DNA from: Escherichia phage ECP2301
Sequence record: OR880646.1
Reading direction: 5' to 3' (one strand)
Length of the DNA: 64,000 bases
Shown here: positions 20,191 through 38,714 of the stretch, in pieces
Layout: each line of letters begins with the position of its first letter
How positions within the stretch are numbered: the first letter of the stretch is position 1
Position numbers and translations under genes: made by a program
Notes under the pieces: generated by a model
Told to the model about the DNA's origin: nothing
Database searches by the model: none
The model's input: the letters and a program-made list of their open reading frames with translations, nothing else

Positions 20191-21998
20191 TGAAACAAAA
20201 TATTAATATCGGTAATGTTGTTGATGATGGTACCGGTGACTACCTGCGTAAAGGTGGTATAAAAATAAATGAAAACTTTGATGAGCTTTATTATGAGCTT
20301 GGTGATGGAGATGTTCCATATTCAGCCGGTGCCTGGAAAACTTATGATGCTTCATCTGGCCAAACACTAAAAGCTGAGTGGGGGAAATCATACGCTATTA
20401 ATACCTCTTCTGGAAGAGTAACTATAAATCTTCCAAAAGGAACTGTCAATGATTACAACAAGGTAATTAGAGCTAGAGACGTATTTGCTACATGGAACGT
20501 CAACCCAGTTACATTAGTAGCTGCTTCCGGCGATACGATTAAAGGGTCTGCAGTACCAGTTGAAATTAATGTTCAATTCAGCGATTTGGAATTAGTGTAT
20601 TGCGCTCCAGGACGTTGGGAATATGTCAAAAATAAGCAAATTGACAAAATTACCAGTTCAGACATCAGTAATGTAGCTCGTAAAGAATTTTTAGTCGAAG
20701 TCCAAGGGCAAACAGACTTTTTAGATGTTTTCCGTGGAACTAGTTATAATGTAAATAACATCAGAGTAAAACATCGTGGTAACGAATTGTATTATGGCGA
20801 TGTATTTAGTGAAAACAGCGATTTTGGCTCTCCGGGCGAAAACGAAGGTGAATTAGTTCCTCTTGATGGATTTAATATTCGATTAAGACAGCCTTGTAAT
20901 ATTGGTGATACTGTTCAAATTGAAACATTTATGGATGGCGTATCACAGTGGAGAAGTTCATATACAAGACGTCAAATTAGATTGTTAGATTCAAAATTAA
21001 CGTCAAAGACTTCTTTAGAAGGAAGCATTTACGTTACTGATTTATCAACAATGAAATCAATTCCGTTTTCAGCTTTTGGATTAATTCCAGGTGAACCTAT
21101 TAATCCTAACTCTCTCGAGGTCCGTTTTAATGGAATTTTACAAGAATTGGCTGGAACAGTTGGAATGCCATTATTTCATTGTGTTGGTGCCGATTCAGAC
21201 GATGAAGTAGAATGCTCTGTTTTAGGTGGAACCTGGGAACAGTCTCACACAGACTATTCAGTTGAAACTGATGAAAACGGCATACCAGAAATTTTACATT
21301 TCGATAGAGTATTTGAGCATGGCGACATTATCAATATCACCTGGTTTAATAATGATTTAGGTACATTATTAACAAAAGATGAGATTATTGATGAAACTGA
21401 TAATCTCTATGTATCGCAAGGACCAGGAGTAGATATTTCCGGTGATGTAAATTTAACAGACTTCGATAAAATTGGTTGGCCAAATGTAGAAGCAGTTCAA
21501 TCTTATCAACGTGAATTTAATGCTGTTTCAAATATCTTTGATACGATTTATCCTATTGGAACTATATATGAAAACGCTGTTAATCCAAATAACCCTGTTA
21601 CATATATGGGATTCGGCTCATGGAAATTATTTGGGCAAGGAAAAGTTTTAGTTGGATGGAATGAAGATATTTCGGACCCTAACTTTGCTCTAAATAACAA
21701 CGATTTAGATTCGGGTGGAAATCCTTCACATACTGCAGGCGGAACTGGTGGTTCTATTTCTGTTACATTGGAAAATGCTAATCTTCCTGCAACTGAGACA
21801 GATGAAGAAGTTCTAATAGTTGATGAAAATGGATCAGTCATTGTTGGTGGATGTCAATACGATCCAGATGAATCTGGTCCAGTTTACACGAAATACCGTG
21901 AAGCTAAAGCATCTACTAACTCTACTCACACTCCGCCAACATCAATAACTAACATTCAACCATATATTACAGTTTATCGTTGGATAAGGATTGCATAA
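20190..21998 (+). CDS. 10: gp10, baseplate wedge / short tail fibre attachment
   Basis: 602 aa; synteny. Confidence 0.9.
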   Translation: MKQNINIGNVVDDGTGDYLRKGGIKINENFDELYYELGDGDVPYSAGAWKTYDASSGQTLKAEWGKSYAINTSSGRVTINLPKGTVNDYNKVIRARDVFATWNVNPVTLVAASGDTIKGSAVPVEINVQFSDLELVYCAPGRWEYVKNKQIDKITSSDISNVARKEFLVEVQGQTDFLDVFRGTSYNVNNIRVKHRGNELYYGDVFSENSDFGSPGENEGELVPLDGFNIRLRQPCNIGDTVQIETFMDGVSQWRSSYTRRQIRLLDSKLTSKTSLEGSIYVTDLSTMKSIPFSAFGLIPGEPINPNSLEVRFNGILQELAGTVGMPLFHCVGADSDDEVECSVLGGTWEQSHTDYSVETDENGIPEILHFDRVFEHGDIINITWFNNDLGTLLTKDEIIDETDNLYVSQGPGVDISGDVNLTDFDKIGWPNVEAVQSYQREFNAVSNIFDTIYPIGTIYENAVNPNNPVTYMGFGSWKLFGQGKVLVGWNEDISDPNFALNNNDLDSGGNPSHTAGGTGGSISVTLENANLPATETDEEVLIVDENGSVIVGGCQYDPDESGPVYTKYREAKASTNSTHTPPTSITNIQPYITVYRWIRIA

Positions 21999-22657
21999 TG
22001 AGTTTACTTAATAATAAAGCGGGAGTTATTTCCCGCTTAGCCGATTTTCTTGGTTTTAGACCTAAAACTGGCGACATCGATGTAATGAATCGTCAATCGG
22101 TTGGGTCAGTGACAATTTCTCAATTAGCGAAAGGATTTTATGAACCAAACGTAGAATCAGCTATTAATGATGTTCATAATTTTTCTATAAAAGACGTTGG
22201 TACAATTATTACTAATAAAACCGGCGTTTCTCCTGAAGGTGTTTCTCAAACTGATTATTGGGCATTTTCAGGAACTGTGACAGATGATTCGCTTCCTCCT
22301 GGTTCTCCTGTTACTGTATTAGTATTTGGTCTTCCGGTTTCAGCAACAACCGGAATGACAGCTATCGAGTTTGTTGCCAAAGTTCGCGTTGCACTACAAG
22401 AAGCTATTGCGTCATTTACTGCTATCAATTCATATAAAGACCATCCAACTGACGGTAGTAAATTAGAAGTTACTTATTTAGATAATCAGAAACATGTATT
22501 AAGCACATATTCCACATATGGAATAACTATTTCCCAAGAAATTATTTCAGAATCTAAGCCCGGATATGGCACATGGAATTTGCTTGGTGCACAAACTGTA
22601 ACTTTAGATAATCAGCAAACTCCAATAGTACTTTATCATTTTGAGAGAACAGCATGA
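21998..22657 (+). CDS. 11: gp11, baseplate wedge / short tail fibre attachment
   Basis: ATG at 21998 overlaps the gp10 stop (TAATG) giving 219 aa; track ORF starts at an upstream TTG. Confidence 0.85.
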   Translation: MSLLNNKAGVISRLADFLGFRPKTGDIDVMNRQSVGSVTISQLAKGFYEPNVESAINDVHNFSIKDVGTIITNKTGVSPEGVSQTDYWAFSGTVTDDSLPPGSPVTVLVFGLPVSATTGMTAIEFVAKVRVALQEAIASFTAINSYKDHPTDGSKLEVTYLDNQKHVLSTYSTYGITISQEIISESKPGYGTWNLLGAQTVTLDNQQTPIVLYHFERTA

Positions 22658-24237
22658 GTAATAATACATATCAACACGTTTCTAATGAATCTCGCTATGT
22701 GAAATTTGATCCAACCGGTACAAATTTTCCGGCAGAGATTACTGATGTTCAGGCTGCTATAGCAGCCATTTCTCCTGCTGGTGTAAATGGAGTTCCTGAC
22801 GCATCATCAACAACAAAGGGAATTTTATTTCTTGCCACTGAACAGGAAGTTATCGACGGAACTGATAATACCAAAGCAGTTACACCAGCAACGTTGGCAA
22901 CAAGATTATCTTATCCAAACGCAACTGAAACTGTTTATGGATTAACAAGATATTCAACCAATGATGAAGCAATTGCCGGAGTTAATAATGAATCTTCTAT
23001 AACTCCCGCTAAATTTACTGTTGCCCTTAATAATGCCTTTGAAACTCGTGTTTCAACTGAATCATCAAATGGAGTTATTAAAATTTCATCTCTACCGCAA
23101 GCATTAGCTGGCGCAGATGATACTACTGCAATGACTCCGTTAAAAACGCAGCAGTTAGCTATTAAATTAATTGCGCAAATCGCTCCTTCTGAAACCACAG
23201 CTACCGAATCTGACCAAGGTGTTGTTCAATTAGCGACAGTAGCTCAAGTTCGTCAAGGAACATTAAGAGAAGGCTATGCAATTTCTCCTTATACGCTAAT
23301 GAATTCTACTGCTACTGAAGAATATAAAGGCGTAATTAAATTAGGAACACAATCAGAAGTTAACTCGAATAATGCTTCTGTTGCGGTTACTGGCGCAACT
23401 CTTAATGGTCGTGGTTCTACAACGTCAATGAGAGGCGTAGTTAAATTAACTACAACCGCCGGCTCACAGAGTGGAGGTGATGCTTCATCAGCACTAGCTT
23501 GGAATGCTGACGTTATCCACCAAAGAGGTGGTCAAACGATTAATGGAACACTTCGCATTAATAATACGCTCACAATAGCTTCAGGCGGAGCAAATATTAC
23601 CGGAACAGTTAACATGACCGGTGGTTATATTCAAGGTAAGCGTGTTGTAACGCAGAATGAAATAGATAGAACTATTCCTGTCGGAGCTATTATGATGTGG
23701 GCGGCTGATAGCCTTCCTAGTGATGCTTGGCGCTTCTGTCATGGCGGAACTGTTTCAGCATCAGATTGTCCATTATATGCTTCTAGAATTGGAACAAGAT
23801 ACGGCGGAAGTTCATCAAATCCTGGATTACCTGATATGCGTGGCCTTTTTGTTCGCGGCTCTGGTCGTGGCTCTCACTTAACAAATCCAAACGTTAATGG
23901 TAATGACCAATTTGGCAAGCCTAGATTAGGCGTAGGTTGTACCGGTGGATATGTTGGCGAAGTACAAAAACAGCAGATGTCTTATCATAAACACGCTGGC
24001 GGATTCGGTGAGCATGATGATTCTGGAGCATTCGGTAATACCCGCAGATCAAATTTTGTTGGTACACGTAAAGGACTTGACTGGGATAACCGTTCATACT
24101 TCACCAATGACGGTTATGAAATTGACCCAGCATCACAACGAAATTCCAAATATACATTAAATCGTCCTGAATTAATTGGAAATGAAACACGTCCATGGAA
24201 CATTTCTTTAAACTACATAATTAAGGTAAAAGAATGA
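22654..24237 (+). CDS. 12: gp12, short tail fibre
   Basis: 527 aa; repetitive Thr/Ser/Gly-rich fibre sequence; synteny. Confidence 0.9.
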   Translation: MSNNTYQHVSNESRYVKFDPTGTNFPAEITDVQAAIAAISPAGVNGVPDASSTTKGILFLATEQEVIDGTDNTKAVTPATLATRLSYPNATETVYGLTRYSTNDEAIAGVNNESSITPAKFTVALNNAFETRVSTESSNGVIKISSLPQALAGADDTTAMTPLKTQQLAIKLIAQIAPSETTATESDQGVVQLATVAQVRQGTLREGYAISPYTLMNSTATEEYKGVIKLGTQSEVNSNNASVAVTGATLNGRGSTTSMRGVVKLTTTAGSQSGGDASSALAWNADVIHQRGGQTINGTLRINNTLTIASGGANITGTVNMTGGYIQGKRVVTQNEIDRTIPVGAIMMWAADSLPSDAWRFCHGGTVSASDCPLYASRIGTRYGGSSSNPGLPDMRGLFVRGSGRGSHLTNPNVNGNDQFGKPRLGVGCTGGYVGEVQKQQMSYHKHAGGFGEHDDSGAFGNTRRSNFVGTRKGLDWDNRSYFTNDGYEIDPASQRNSKYTLNRPELIGNETRPWNISLNYIIKVKE

Positions 24238-25697
24238 CAGATATTGTACTGAATGACTTACCATTCGTTGACGGCCCTCCTGCAGAGGGCCAGAGCCGCA
24301 TTTCCTGGATTAAAAACGGCGAAGAAATATTAGGAGCTGACACACAGTATGGAAGCGAAGGTTCAATGAATAGACCTACAGTTTCTGTACTAAGAAATGT
24401 TGAAGTTCTTGATAAAAACATTGGAATACTTAAAACATCTTTAGAATCCGCGAATAGTGATATTAAAACAATTCAGGGCATCTTAGATGTATCTGGTGAT
24501 ATTGAAGCTTTGGCCCAAATAAGTATCAATAAAAATGATATTTCTGACCTTAAAACGCTAACCAGTGAACATACAGAAATATTAAATGGAACTAATAGTA
24601 CAGTTGACAGCATTCTTGCTGATATTGGTCCATTTAACTCCGAGGCAAACTCTGTATACAGAACGATCAGAAATGATTTACTATGGATAAAGCGTGAACT
24701 TGGACAATACACAGGTCAAGATATTAATGGTCTTCCTGTTGTAGGAAATCCTAGCACAGGAATGAAGCATCGCATTATTAATAATACTGATGTCATCACT
24801 TCACAGGGAATACGTTTAAGCGAATTAGAAACAAAATTCATTGAATCTGATGTAGGTTCTTTAACTATTGAAGTTGGTAATCTTCGCGAAGAGCTTGGAC
24901 CGAAACCACCGTCATTTTCACAAAACATCTACAGTCGTTTAAATGAAATTGACACTAAACAGACAACAGTTGAATCTGACATTAGTGCTATTAAGACCTC
25001 AATAGGATATCCAGGAAATAATTCGATTATTACGAGTGTTAATACAAACACTGATAATATTGCATCTATTAATTTAGAGCTAAATCAAAGTGGAGGTATT
25101 AAACAGCGTTTAACCGTTATTGAAACTTCTATTGGTTCAGATGATATTCCTTCGAGTATTAAAGGCCAAATCAAAGATAATACAACTTCAATCGAATCTC
25201 TAAATGGAATCGTCGGTGAAAACACTTCATCTGGTTTAAGAGCGAATGTTTCATGGTTAAACCAAATTGTTGGAACTGATTCTAGCGGTGGACAACCTTC
25301 TCCTCCTGGGTCTCTTTTAAACCGAGTTTCTACAATTGAAACTTCTGTTTCAGGCTTGAATAACGATGTTCAAAACCTACAAGTAGAGATTGGTAATAAC
25401 AGCACAGGAATTAAAGGGCAAGTTGTAGCGTTAAATACTTTAGTAAATGGAACTAATCCAAACGGTTCAACTGTTGAAGAACGCGGATTAACCAATTCAA
25501 TAAAAGCTAACGAAACCAACATCGCATCAGTTACACAAGAAGTGAATACAGCCAAAGGTAGTATATCTTCTCTGCAAGGTGATGTTCAAGCTCTACAAGA
25601 AGCAGGTTATATTCCTGAAGCTCCAAAAGATGGTCAAGCTTACGTTCGTAAAGACGGCGAATGGGTATTACTTTCTACCTTTTTATCACCAGCATAA
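24234..25697 (+). CDS. wac: fibritin (whisker) Wac
   Basis: 487 aa; coiled-coil repeats; C-terminal foldon [27 protein letters not shown]. Confidence 0.95.
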   Translation: MTDIVLNDLPFVDGPPAEGQSRISWIKNGEEILGADTQYGSEGSMNRPTVSVLRNVEVLDKNIGILKTSLESANSDIKTIQGILDVSGDIEALAQISINKNDISDLKTLTSEHTEILNGTNSTVDSILADIGPFNSEANSVYRTIRNDLLWIKRELGQYTGQDINGLPVVGNPSTGMKHRIINNTDVITSQGIRLSELETKFIESDVGSLTIEVGNLREELGPKPPSFSQNIYSRLNEIDTKQTTVESDISAIKTSIGYPGNNSIITSVNTNTDNIASINLELNQSGGIKQRLTVIETSIGSDDIPSSIKGQIKDNTTSIESLNGIVGENTSSGLRANVSWLNQIVGTDSSGGQPSPPGSLLNRVSTIETSVSGLNNDVQNLQVEIGNNSTGIKGQVVALNTLVNGTNPNGSTVEERGLTNSIKANETNIASVTQEVNTAKGSISSLQGDVQALQEAGYIPEAPKDGQAYVRKDGEWVLLSTFLSPA

Positions 25698-25700
25698 CAT

Positions 25701-25716
25701 GGGGCCGCAAGGCCCC
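25701..25716 (+). terminator. GNRA-tetraloop hairpin after wac (weak terminator or processing site)
   Basis: GGGGCC-GCAA-GGCCCC; no immediate U-tract. Confidence 0.4.
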
Positions 25717-25729
25717 AAAGGATTTTTAA

Positions 25730-27431
<1,702 letters not shown>

Positions 27432-27472
27432 TAAATATTATAAACTAATTAAAGCCCAGATTAGGAGAAATC

Positions 27473-30610
<3,138 letters not shown>

Positions 30611-30641
30611 ATATATTAAAGCATATTAAAGAGGATTAAAA

Positions 30642-32621
30642 ATGACTTTATTATCTCCGGGCATTGAGCTCAAAGAAACTACGGTTCAAAGCACCGTGGT
30701 TAATAACTCTACTGGTACAGCAGCTTTGGCCGGTAAATTCCAGTGGGGTCCTGCTTTTCAAATTAAACAGGTTACGAATGAAGTAGATTTAGTTAATACT
30801 TTTGGTCAACCTACAGCTGAAACTGCTGACTATTTTATGTCTGCAATGAATTTCTTACAATACGGAAATGATTTGCGAGTTGTGCGTGCTGTCGATAGAG
30901 ATACCGCTAAAAACTCATCTCCGATTGCCGGTAATATTGAATACACTATTTCTACCCCAGGTAGTAACTACGCGGTTGGAGATAAAATCACGGTTAAGTA
31001 TGTTTCAGAAGATGTTGAAACAGAATGTAAAGTTACCGAAGTAGATGCTGATGGAAAAATTAAGAAAATTAATATTCCTACCGCAAAAATTATCGCTAAA
31101 GCGAAAGAAGTAGGCGAATATCCAGAATTAGGTTCTAACTGGACCGCGGAAATTTCTTCGTCTTCCTCTGGTTTAGCTGCAGTAATAACTCTTGGAAAAA
31201 TTATTACCGATTCTGGTATTTTATTAGCTGAAATTGAAAATGCCGAAGCTGCCATGACAGCTGTTGACTTTCAAGCAAATCTCGAAAAATATGGAATTCC
31301 AGGAGTAGTAGCTCTTTATCCAGGCGAGTTGGGCGATAAAATCGAAATTGAAATCGTATCTAAAGCTGACTACGCAAAAGGTGCTTCTGCATTACTCCCA
31401 ATTTATCCAGGTGGCGGAACACGCGCATCTACTGCCAAAGCAGTGTTTGGATATGGACCACAAACTGATTCACAATACGCTATTATAGTTCGTCGCAACG
31501 ATGCTATTGTTCAAAGCGTTGTTCTTTCAACAAAGCGTGGTGAAAAAGATATTTACGATAGTAACATCTATATTGATGACTTTTTCGCAAAAGGTGGTTC
31601 AGAATATATTTTTGCAACTGCACAAAACTGGCCAGAAGGCTTCTCTGGAATTTTAACTCTGTCTGGTGGTTTATCATCAAATGCTGAAGTAACAGCAGGA
31701 GATTTGATGGAAGCTTGGGACTTCTTTGCTGACCGTGAATCTGTTGATGTTCAGTTGTTTATTGCGGGTTCTTGTGCCGGTGAATCTTTAGAAACAGCAT
31801 CTACTGTCCAAAAACACGTCGTTTCAATTGGGGATGCTCGCCAAGATTGCTTAGTACTGTGCTCACCACCGCGTGAAACTGTAGTTGGAATTCCTGTAAC
31901 TCGTGCTGTTGATAACTTAGTCAATTGGAGAACCGCAGCAGGTTCATACACTGATAATAACTTTAATATCAGTTCAACCTACGCAGCAATTGATGGTAAC
32001 TACAAGTATCAGTATGACAAATATAATGATGTAAATCGTTGGGTTCCATTAGCAGCTGATATTGCTGGTTTATGCGCGAGAACAGATAACGTTTCTCAGA
32101 CTTGGATGTCCCCAGCTGGTTATAATCGTGGCCAAATTTTGAACGTTATTAAACTTGCTATTGAAACTCGCCAGGCGCAGCGCGACCGTTTATACCAAGA
32201 AGCTATCAACCCAGTAACTGGTACAGGTGGTGATGGTTACGTATTGTATGGTGATAAAACAGCTACTTCTGTTCCTTCTCCATTTGATCGTATTAACGTT
32301 CGTCGTCTGTTTAATATGTTGAAAACGAATATCGGACGTAGTTCAAAATATCGTTTATTCGAATTAAACAACGCGTTTACTCGTTCATCGTTCCGCACAG
32401 AAACTTCCCAGTACTTGCAGGGAATTAAAGCTCTCGGTGGAATTTATGAATATCGTGTAGTTTGCGATACAACAAATAACACTCCGTCAGTAATTGATAG
32501 AAATGAGTTTGTTGCAACATTCTACATCCAACCGGCTAGAAGCATTAACTACATTACCTTAAACTTCGTAGCAACTGCTACTGGTGCAGATTTCGATGAG
32601 TTAACTGGTCTTGCAGGTTAA
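30642..32621 (+). CDS. 18: gp18, contractile tail sheath protein
   Basis: 659 aa; synteny. Confidence 0.95.
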   Translation: MTLLSPGIELKETTVQSTVVNNSTGTAALAGKFQWGPAFQIKQVTNEVDLVNTFGQPTAETADYFMSAMNFLQYGNDLRVVRAVDRDTAKNSSPIAGNIEYTISTPGSNYAVGDKITVKYVSEDVETECKVTEVDADGKIKKINIPTAKIIAKAKEVGEYPELGSNWTAEISSSSSGLAAVITLGKIITDSGILLAEIENAEAAMTAVDFQANLEKYGIPGVVALYPGELGDKIEIEIVSKADYAKGASALLPIYPGGGTRASTAKAVFGYGPQTDSQYAIIVRRNDAIVQSVVLSTKRGEKDIYDSNIYIDDFFAKGGSEYIFATAQNWPEGFSGILTLSGGLSSNAEVTAGDLMEAWDFFADRESVDVQLFIAGSCAGESLETASTVQKHVVSIGDARQDCLVLCSPPRETVVGIPVTRAVDNLVNWRTAAGSYTDNNFNISSTYAAIDGNYKYQYDKYNDVNRWVPLAADIAGLCARTDNVSQTWMSPAGYNRGQILNVIKLAIETRQAQRDRLYQEAINPVTGTGGDGYVLYGDKTATSVPSPFDRINVRRLFNMLKTNIGRSSKYRLFELNNAFTRSSFRTETSQYLQGIKALGGIYEYRVVCDTTNNTPSVIDRNEFVATFYIQPARSINYITLNFVATATGADFDELTGLAG

Positions 32622-32715
32622 TACGGTGCATTCTAAAGGCCTGTTTCGGCAGGCCATATAAATACACTATATCCTTAATTCTTTAATTCTATATGCCCTA
32701 GGTTAAACATAGGGA

Positions 32716-32723
32716 TATAAATA
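32716..32723 (+). promoter_or_regulatory. T4 late promoter TATAAATA (gene 19)
   Basis: Exact TATAAATA 15 nt upstream of gene 19 ATG. Confidence 0.7.
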
Positions 32724-32737
32724 CTACAGAGGCTAAT

Positions 32738-33229
32738 ATGTTTGTAGATGATGTAACACGAGCGTTTGAATCTGGTGATTTTGCTCGACCTAACTTATTC
32801 CAAGTAGAAATTTCTTATCTTGGACAAAATTTTACGTTTCAATGTAAAGCCACTGCTTTACCAGCTGGCATTGTAGAAAAAATTCCAGTCGGATTCATGA
32901 ACCGTAAAATTAACGTAGCAGGCGATCGTACATTCGATGACTGGACTGTTACAGTAATGAACGATGAGGCACATGATGCTCGCCAGAAGTTTGTTGATTG
33001 GCAAAGCATTGCTGCTGGGCAAGGGAACGAAATTACTGGTGGAAAACCAGCAGAATATAAAAAGAGCGCTGTTGTTCGCCAATATGCTCGTGACGCTAAA
33101 ACTGTAACAAAAGAAGTCGAAATTAAAGGCCTGTGGCCTACTAACGTGGGTGAACTTCAATTAGATTGGGATTCAAACAATGAAATCCAAACCTTTGAAG
33201 TAACTCTTGCTCTCGATTATTGGGAATAA
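32738..33229 (+). CDS. 19: gp19, tail tube protein
   Basis: 163 aa; late promoter 32716-32723. Confidence 0.95.
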   Translation: MFVDDVTRAFESGDFARPNLFQVEISYLGQNFTFQCKATALPAGIVEKIPVGFMNRKINVAGDRTFDDWTVTVMNDEAHDARQKFVDWQSIAAGQGNEITGGKPAEYKKSAVVRQYARDAKTVTKEVEIKGLWPTNVGELQLDWDSNNEIQTFEVTLALDYWE

Positions 33230-33261
33230 AATGAATGGGGAGAAATCCCCATCCTGCTTAA

Positions 33262-34886
<1,625 letters not shown>

Positions 34887-34887
<1 letters not shown>

Positions 34888-35144
34888 TGGAAGGTTTAAT
34901 TGAAGCTATTAAATCAAACGACCTCGTAGCCGCTCGTAAATTCTTTGCTGAAGCCATGGCTGCAAGAACGATTGATTTAATTAAAGAAGAAAAAATCGCT
35001 ATCGCTCGTAATTTCTTAATCGAAGGTGAAGAACCCGATGATGAGGATGATGAAGACGAGGATGATGACGAAGATAGCGATGATAAAGACGACAAAAAAG
35101 ACAAAGACTCTGACGAAGATGACGAAGACGAGGATGATGAATAA
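34887..35144 (+). CDS. 67: gp67, prohead core protein
   Basis: 85 aa with long acidic D/E tail; between portal and gp68. Confidence 0.85.
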
Positions 35145-35569
35145 TGCTTCTGATCCCTGAAACTCATGAATTAGTTCTCGAGAATGTCGAAGCACTTATT
35201 CCTGAAGCACAGGGTCGCTTTGACGAATTGTCTTCTGCTTTAAATAAAGACGATATAAATACAATTGTCGAGAATATGCTTGATGATGAAACTGATTTAG
35301 CAATTGCATTAGCTTCTATTAATGAAGATATGCCGCTAAACGAATTCATCGTTAAACATGTTTCTGCTCGTGGTGAAATTACACGTACCAAAGACCGCAA
35401 AACGCGTGAACGTAATGCATTTCAAACCACCGGGCTGTCTAAAGCAAAACGTAGACAAATTGCTCGCAAAGCTACCAAAACGAAGATTGCCAATCCAGCA
35501 GGTCAATCTCGTGCTCAGCGTAAGCGTAAAAAAGCTCTTAAACGCCGTAAAGCATTAGGATTAAGCTAA
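35144..35569 (+). CDS. 68: gp68, prohead core protein
   Basis: 141 aa; basic C-terminus; synteny. Confidence 0.85.
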   Translation: MLLIPETHELVLENVEALIPEAQGRFDELSSALNKDDINTIVENMLDDETDLAIALASINEDMPLNEFIVKHVSARGEITRTKDRKTRERNAFQTTGLSKAKRRQIARKATKTKIANPAGQSRAQRKRKKALKRRKALGLS

Positions 35570-36207
35570 TGAATGAACCCCAATTACTAATTGAAACTTG
35601 GGGTCAACCTGGCGAAATTATTGATGGCGTGCCAATGCTTGAATCTCATGATGGAAAAGACCTCGGTTTAAAACCTGGTTTATACATCGAAGGAATATTC
35701 ATGCAAGCGGAAGTCGTCAATAGAAATAAACGTCTTTATCCAAAACGCATATTAGAAAAAGCGGTAAAAGACTATATCAATGAGCAAGTTTTAACTAAAC
35801 AAGCTCTCGGAGAATTAAATCATCCTCCACGCGCTAATGTTGACCCAATGCAAGCCGCTATCATTATAGAAGATATGTGGTGGAAAGGAAATGACGTATA
35901 CGGACGAGCTCGTGTTATTGAAGGTGACCATGGTCCTGGAGATAAATTAGCAGCTAATATTCGTGCCGGATGGATTCCAGGAGTTTCTTCTCGTGGATTA
36001 GGTTCATTGACTGACACAAATAAAGGTTATCGTATCGTAAACGAAGGATTCAAATTAACTGTAGGTGTTGATGCAGTATGGGGTCCAAGTGCTCCAGATG
36101 CATGGGTAACTCCTAAGGAAATTACCGAATCACAGACGGCGGAAGCCGATACAAGTGCCGATGACGCCTATATGGCTCTCGCAGAGGCCATGAAAAAAGC
36201 GTTATAA
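35569..36207 (+). CDS. 21: gp21, prohead core protease
   Basis: 212 aa; synteny. Confidence 0.9.
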   Translation: MNEPQLLIETWGQPGEIIDGVPMLESHDGKDLGLKPGLYIEGIFMQAEVVNRNKRLYPKRILEKAVKDYINEQVLTKQALGELNHPPRANVDPMQAAIIIEDMWWKGNDVYGRARVIEGDHGPGDKLAANIRAGWIPGVSSRGLGSLTDTNKGYRIVNEGFKLTVGVDAVWGPSAPDAWVTPKEITESQTAEADTSADDAYMALAEAMKKAL

Positions 36208-36237
36208 ATATTATTATCTAAACAACAGGACTACAAA

Positions 36238-37047
36238 ATGCTTAAAGAACAACTGATTGCTGAAGCGCAAAAAATTGATGCTTCCGTTGCTCTTGATAGT
36301 ATTTTCGAATCAGTTAATATTTCTCCGGAAGCAAAAGAAACTTTCGGCACTGTATTCGAAGCTACCGTCAAGCAGCACGCCGTTAAATTAGCTGAATCTC
36401 ATATCGCTAAAATTGCTGAAAAAGCAGAAGAAGAAGTAGAAAAAAATAAAGAAGAAGCCGAAGAAAAAGCTGAGAAGAAAATCGCTGAGCAAGCTTCTAA
36501 ATTCATCGACCATCTTGCAAAAGAATGGCTCGCTGAAAATAAATTAGCAGTTGATAAAGGCATCAAAGCCGAACTGTTTGAATCCATGCTTGGTGGATTA
36601 AAAGAGCTCTTTGTTGAACACAACGTTGTTGTTCCAGAAGAATCAGTTGATGTTGTAGCTGAAATGGAAGAAGAGCTGCAAGAACATAAAGAAGAATCAG
36701 CTCGTCTGTTCGAAGAACTCAATAAGCGTGACGCATATATCAATTATGTGCAGCGTGAAGTGGCATTGAGCGAAAGTACTAAAGATCTGACTGAGTCTCA
36801 AAAAGAAAAAGTCTCTGCTCTGGTCGAAGGTATGGATTATTCAGATGCATTCTCAAGTAAATTGAGTGCCATCGTAGAAATGGTGAAGAAGTCTAATAAA
36901 GATGAAAGCACTATTACTGAGGGTATAAATACTCCTGATACTGAAGCAGCCGGACTGAATTTCGTCACTGAAGCTGTAGAAGATAAAGCTGCACCTGGTG
37001 CAGAAGATATTGTAAGTGTATATGCGAAAGTCGCATCTCGTTTCTAA
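36238..37047 (+). CDS. 22: gp22, prohead core scaffold protein
   Basis: 269 aa; acidic coiled-coil; synteny. Confidence 0.9.
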   Translation: MLKEQLIAEAQKIDASVALDSIFESVNISPEAKETFGTVFEATVKQHAVKLAESHIAKIAEKAEEEVEKNKEEAEEKAEKKIAEQASKFIDHLAKEWLAENKLAVDKGIKAELFESMLGGLKELFVEHNVVVPEESVDVVAEMEEELQEHKEESARLFEELNKRDAYINYVQREVALSESTKDLTESQKEKVSALVEGMDYSDAFSSKLSAIVEMVKKSNKDESTITEGINTPDTEAAGLNFVTEAVEDKAAPGAEDIVSVYAKVASRF

Positions 37048-37065
37048 TTTTAAAGGTTAACACAA

Positions 37066-38631
37066 ATGACTATCAAAACTAAAGCTGAACTTTTGAACAA
37101 ATGGAAGCCATTACTGGAAGGTGAAGGTTTACCGGAAATTGCTAATAGCAAACAAGCGATTATCGCTAAAATCTTTGAAAACCAGGAAAAAGATTTCCAG
37201 ACAGCTCCAGAATACAAAGACGAAAAAATCGCTCAGGCGTTTGGTTCTTTCTTAACAGAAGCTGAAATCGGTGGTGACCACGGTTACAACGCTACTAACA
37301 TCGCTGCTGGTCAGACTTCTGGCGCAGTAACTCAGATTGGCCCAGCTGTTATGGGTATGGTACGTCGTGCTATTCCTAACCTGATTGCTTTCGATATTTG
37401 CGGTGTTCAGCCGATGAACAGCCCGACTGGCCAGGTATTTGCACTGCGCGCAGTATATGGTAAAGACCCAATCGCTGCCGGTGCTAAAGAAGCATTCCAC
37501 CCAATGTATGGTCCAGATGCAATGTTCTCTGGTCAGGGTGCTGCTAAGAAATTCCCAGCTCTGGCTGCTAGTACACAAACCGTTGTAGGTGATATCTATA
37601 CTCACTTCTTCCAGGAAACTGGTACTGTGTATCTGCAAGCTTCCGCTGTAGTAACAATCGATGCTAGTGCTAACGATGCAACTAAATTAGATGCTGAAAT
37701 TAAGAAACAAATGGAAGCTGGTGTACTGGTAGAAATCGCTGAAGGTATGGCTACTTCTATCGCTGAACTTCAGGAAGGTTTCAACGGTTCTACCGATAAC
37801 CCATGGAATGAAATGGGCTTCCGTATCGATAAACAAGTTATCGAAGCTAAATCTCGTCAGCTGAAAGCTGCTTACTCTATCGAATTAGCACAAGACCTCC
37901 GCGCTGTTCACGGTATGGATGCTGATGCTGAACTGTCTGGTATTCTGGCTACCGAAATCATGCTGGAAATCAACCGTGAAGTTGTTGATTGGATTAACTA
38001 CTCAGCTCAGGTTGGTAAATCTGGTATGACCCTGACTCCGGGTTCTAAAGCTGGTGTATTTGACTTCCAGGATCCGATTGATATTCGTGGTGCTCGCTGG
38101 GCGGGTGAATCCTTTAAAGCTCTGTTGTTCCAGATTGACAAAGAAGCAGTTGAAATTGCTCGTCAGACCGGTCGTGGTGAAGGTAACTTCATTATCGCTT
38201 CCCGTAACGTAGTTAACGTTCTGGCTTCAGTTGATACTGGCATTTCTTATGCTGCACAGGGTCTGGCTACCGGCTTTAACACTGATACTACCAAGTCAGT
38301 ATTTGCTGGTGTTCTGGGTGGTAAATACCGTGTATATATCGACCAGTATGCTAAACAGGATTATTTCACTGTAGGTTATAAAGGTCCGAACGAAATGGAT
38401 GCTGGTATTTACTACGCTCCATATGTAGCTCTGACTCCGCTGCGTGGTTCCGATCCGAAGAACTTCCAACCAGTAATGGGATTCAAAACTCGTTACGGTA
38501 TCGGTATCAACCCATTTGCAGAATCCGCTGCTCAGGCTCCGGCTTCTCGCATCCAGAGCGGTATGCCTTCTATTCTGAATAGCCTTGGTAAAAACGCTTA
38601 CTTCCGCCGTGTATATGTTAAAGGTATCTAA
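37066..38631 (+). CDS. 23: gp23, major capsid protein
   Basis: 521 aa; strongly biased codon usage typical of a highly expressed gene; terminator hairpin downstream. Confidence 0.95.
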   Translation: MTIKTKAELLNKWKPLLEGEGLPEIANSKQAIIAKIFENQEKDFQTAPEYKDEKIAQAFGSFLTEAEIGGDHGYNATNIAAGQTSGAVTQIGPAVMGMVRRAIPNLIAFDICGVQPMNSPTGQVFALRAVYGKDPIAAGAKEAFHPMYGPDAMFSGQGAAKKFPALAASTQTVVGDIYTHFFQETGTVYLQASAVVTIDASANDATKLDAEIKKQMEAGVLVEIAEGMATSIAELQEGFNGSTDNPWNEMGFRIDKQVIEAKSRQLKAAYSIELAQDLRAVHGMDADAELSGILATEIMLEINREVVDWINYSAQVGKSGMTLTPGSKAGVFDFQDPIDIRGARWAGESFKALLFQIDKEAVEIARQTGRGEGNFIIASRNVVNVLASVDTGISYAAQGLATGFNTDTTKSVFAGVLGGKYRVYIDQYAKQDYFTVGYKGPNEMDAGIYYAPYVALTPLRGSDPKNFQPVMGFKTRYGIGINPFAESAAQAPASRIQSGMPSILNSLGKNAYFRRVYVKGI

Positions 38632-38646
38632 TCTTTGACGATTTAA

Positions 38647-38675
38647 GGGACCTTCGGGTCCCTTTAGTTGTTTTT
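38647..38675 (+). terminator. intrinsic terminator after gene 23
   Basis: GGGACC-TTCG-GGTCCC followed by TTTAGTTGTTTTT. Confidence 0.7.
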
Positions 38676-38679
38676 ATGG

Positions 38680-38687
38680 TATAAATA
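38680..38687 (+). promoter_or_regulatory. T4 late promoter TATAAATA (gene 24)
   Basis: Exact TATAAATA just after gene 23 terminator. Confidence 0.7.
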
Positions 38688-38714
38688 AATCATATAAACC
38701 AAAAGGAAAGCGCA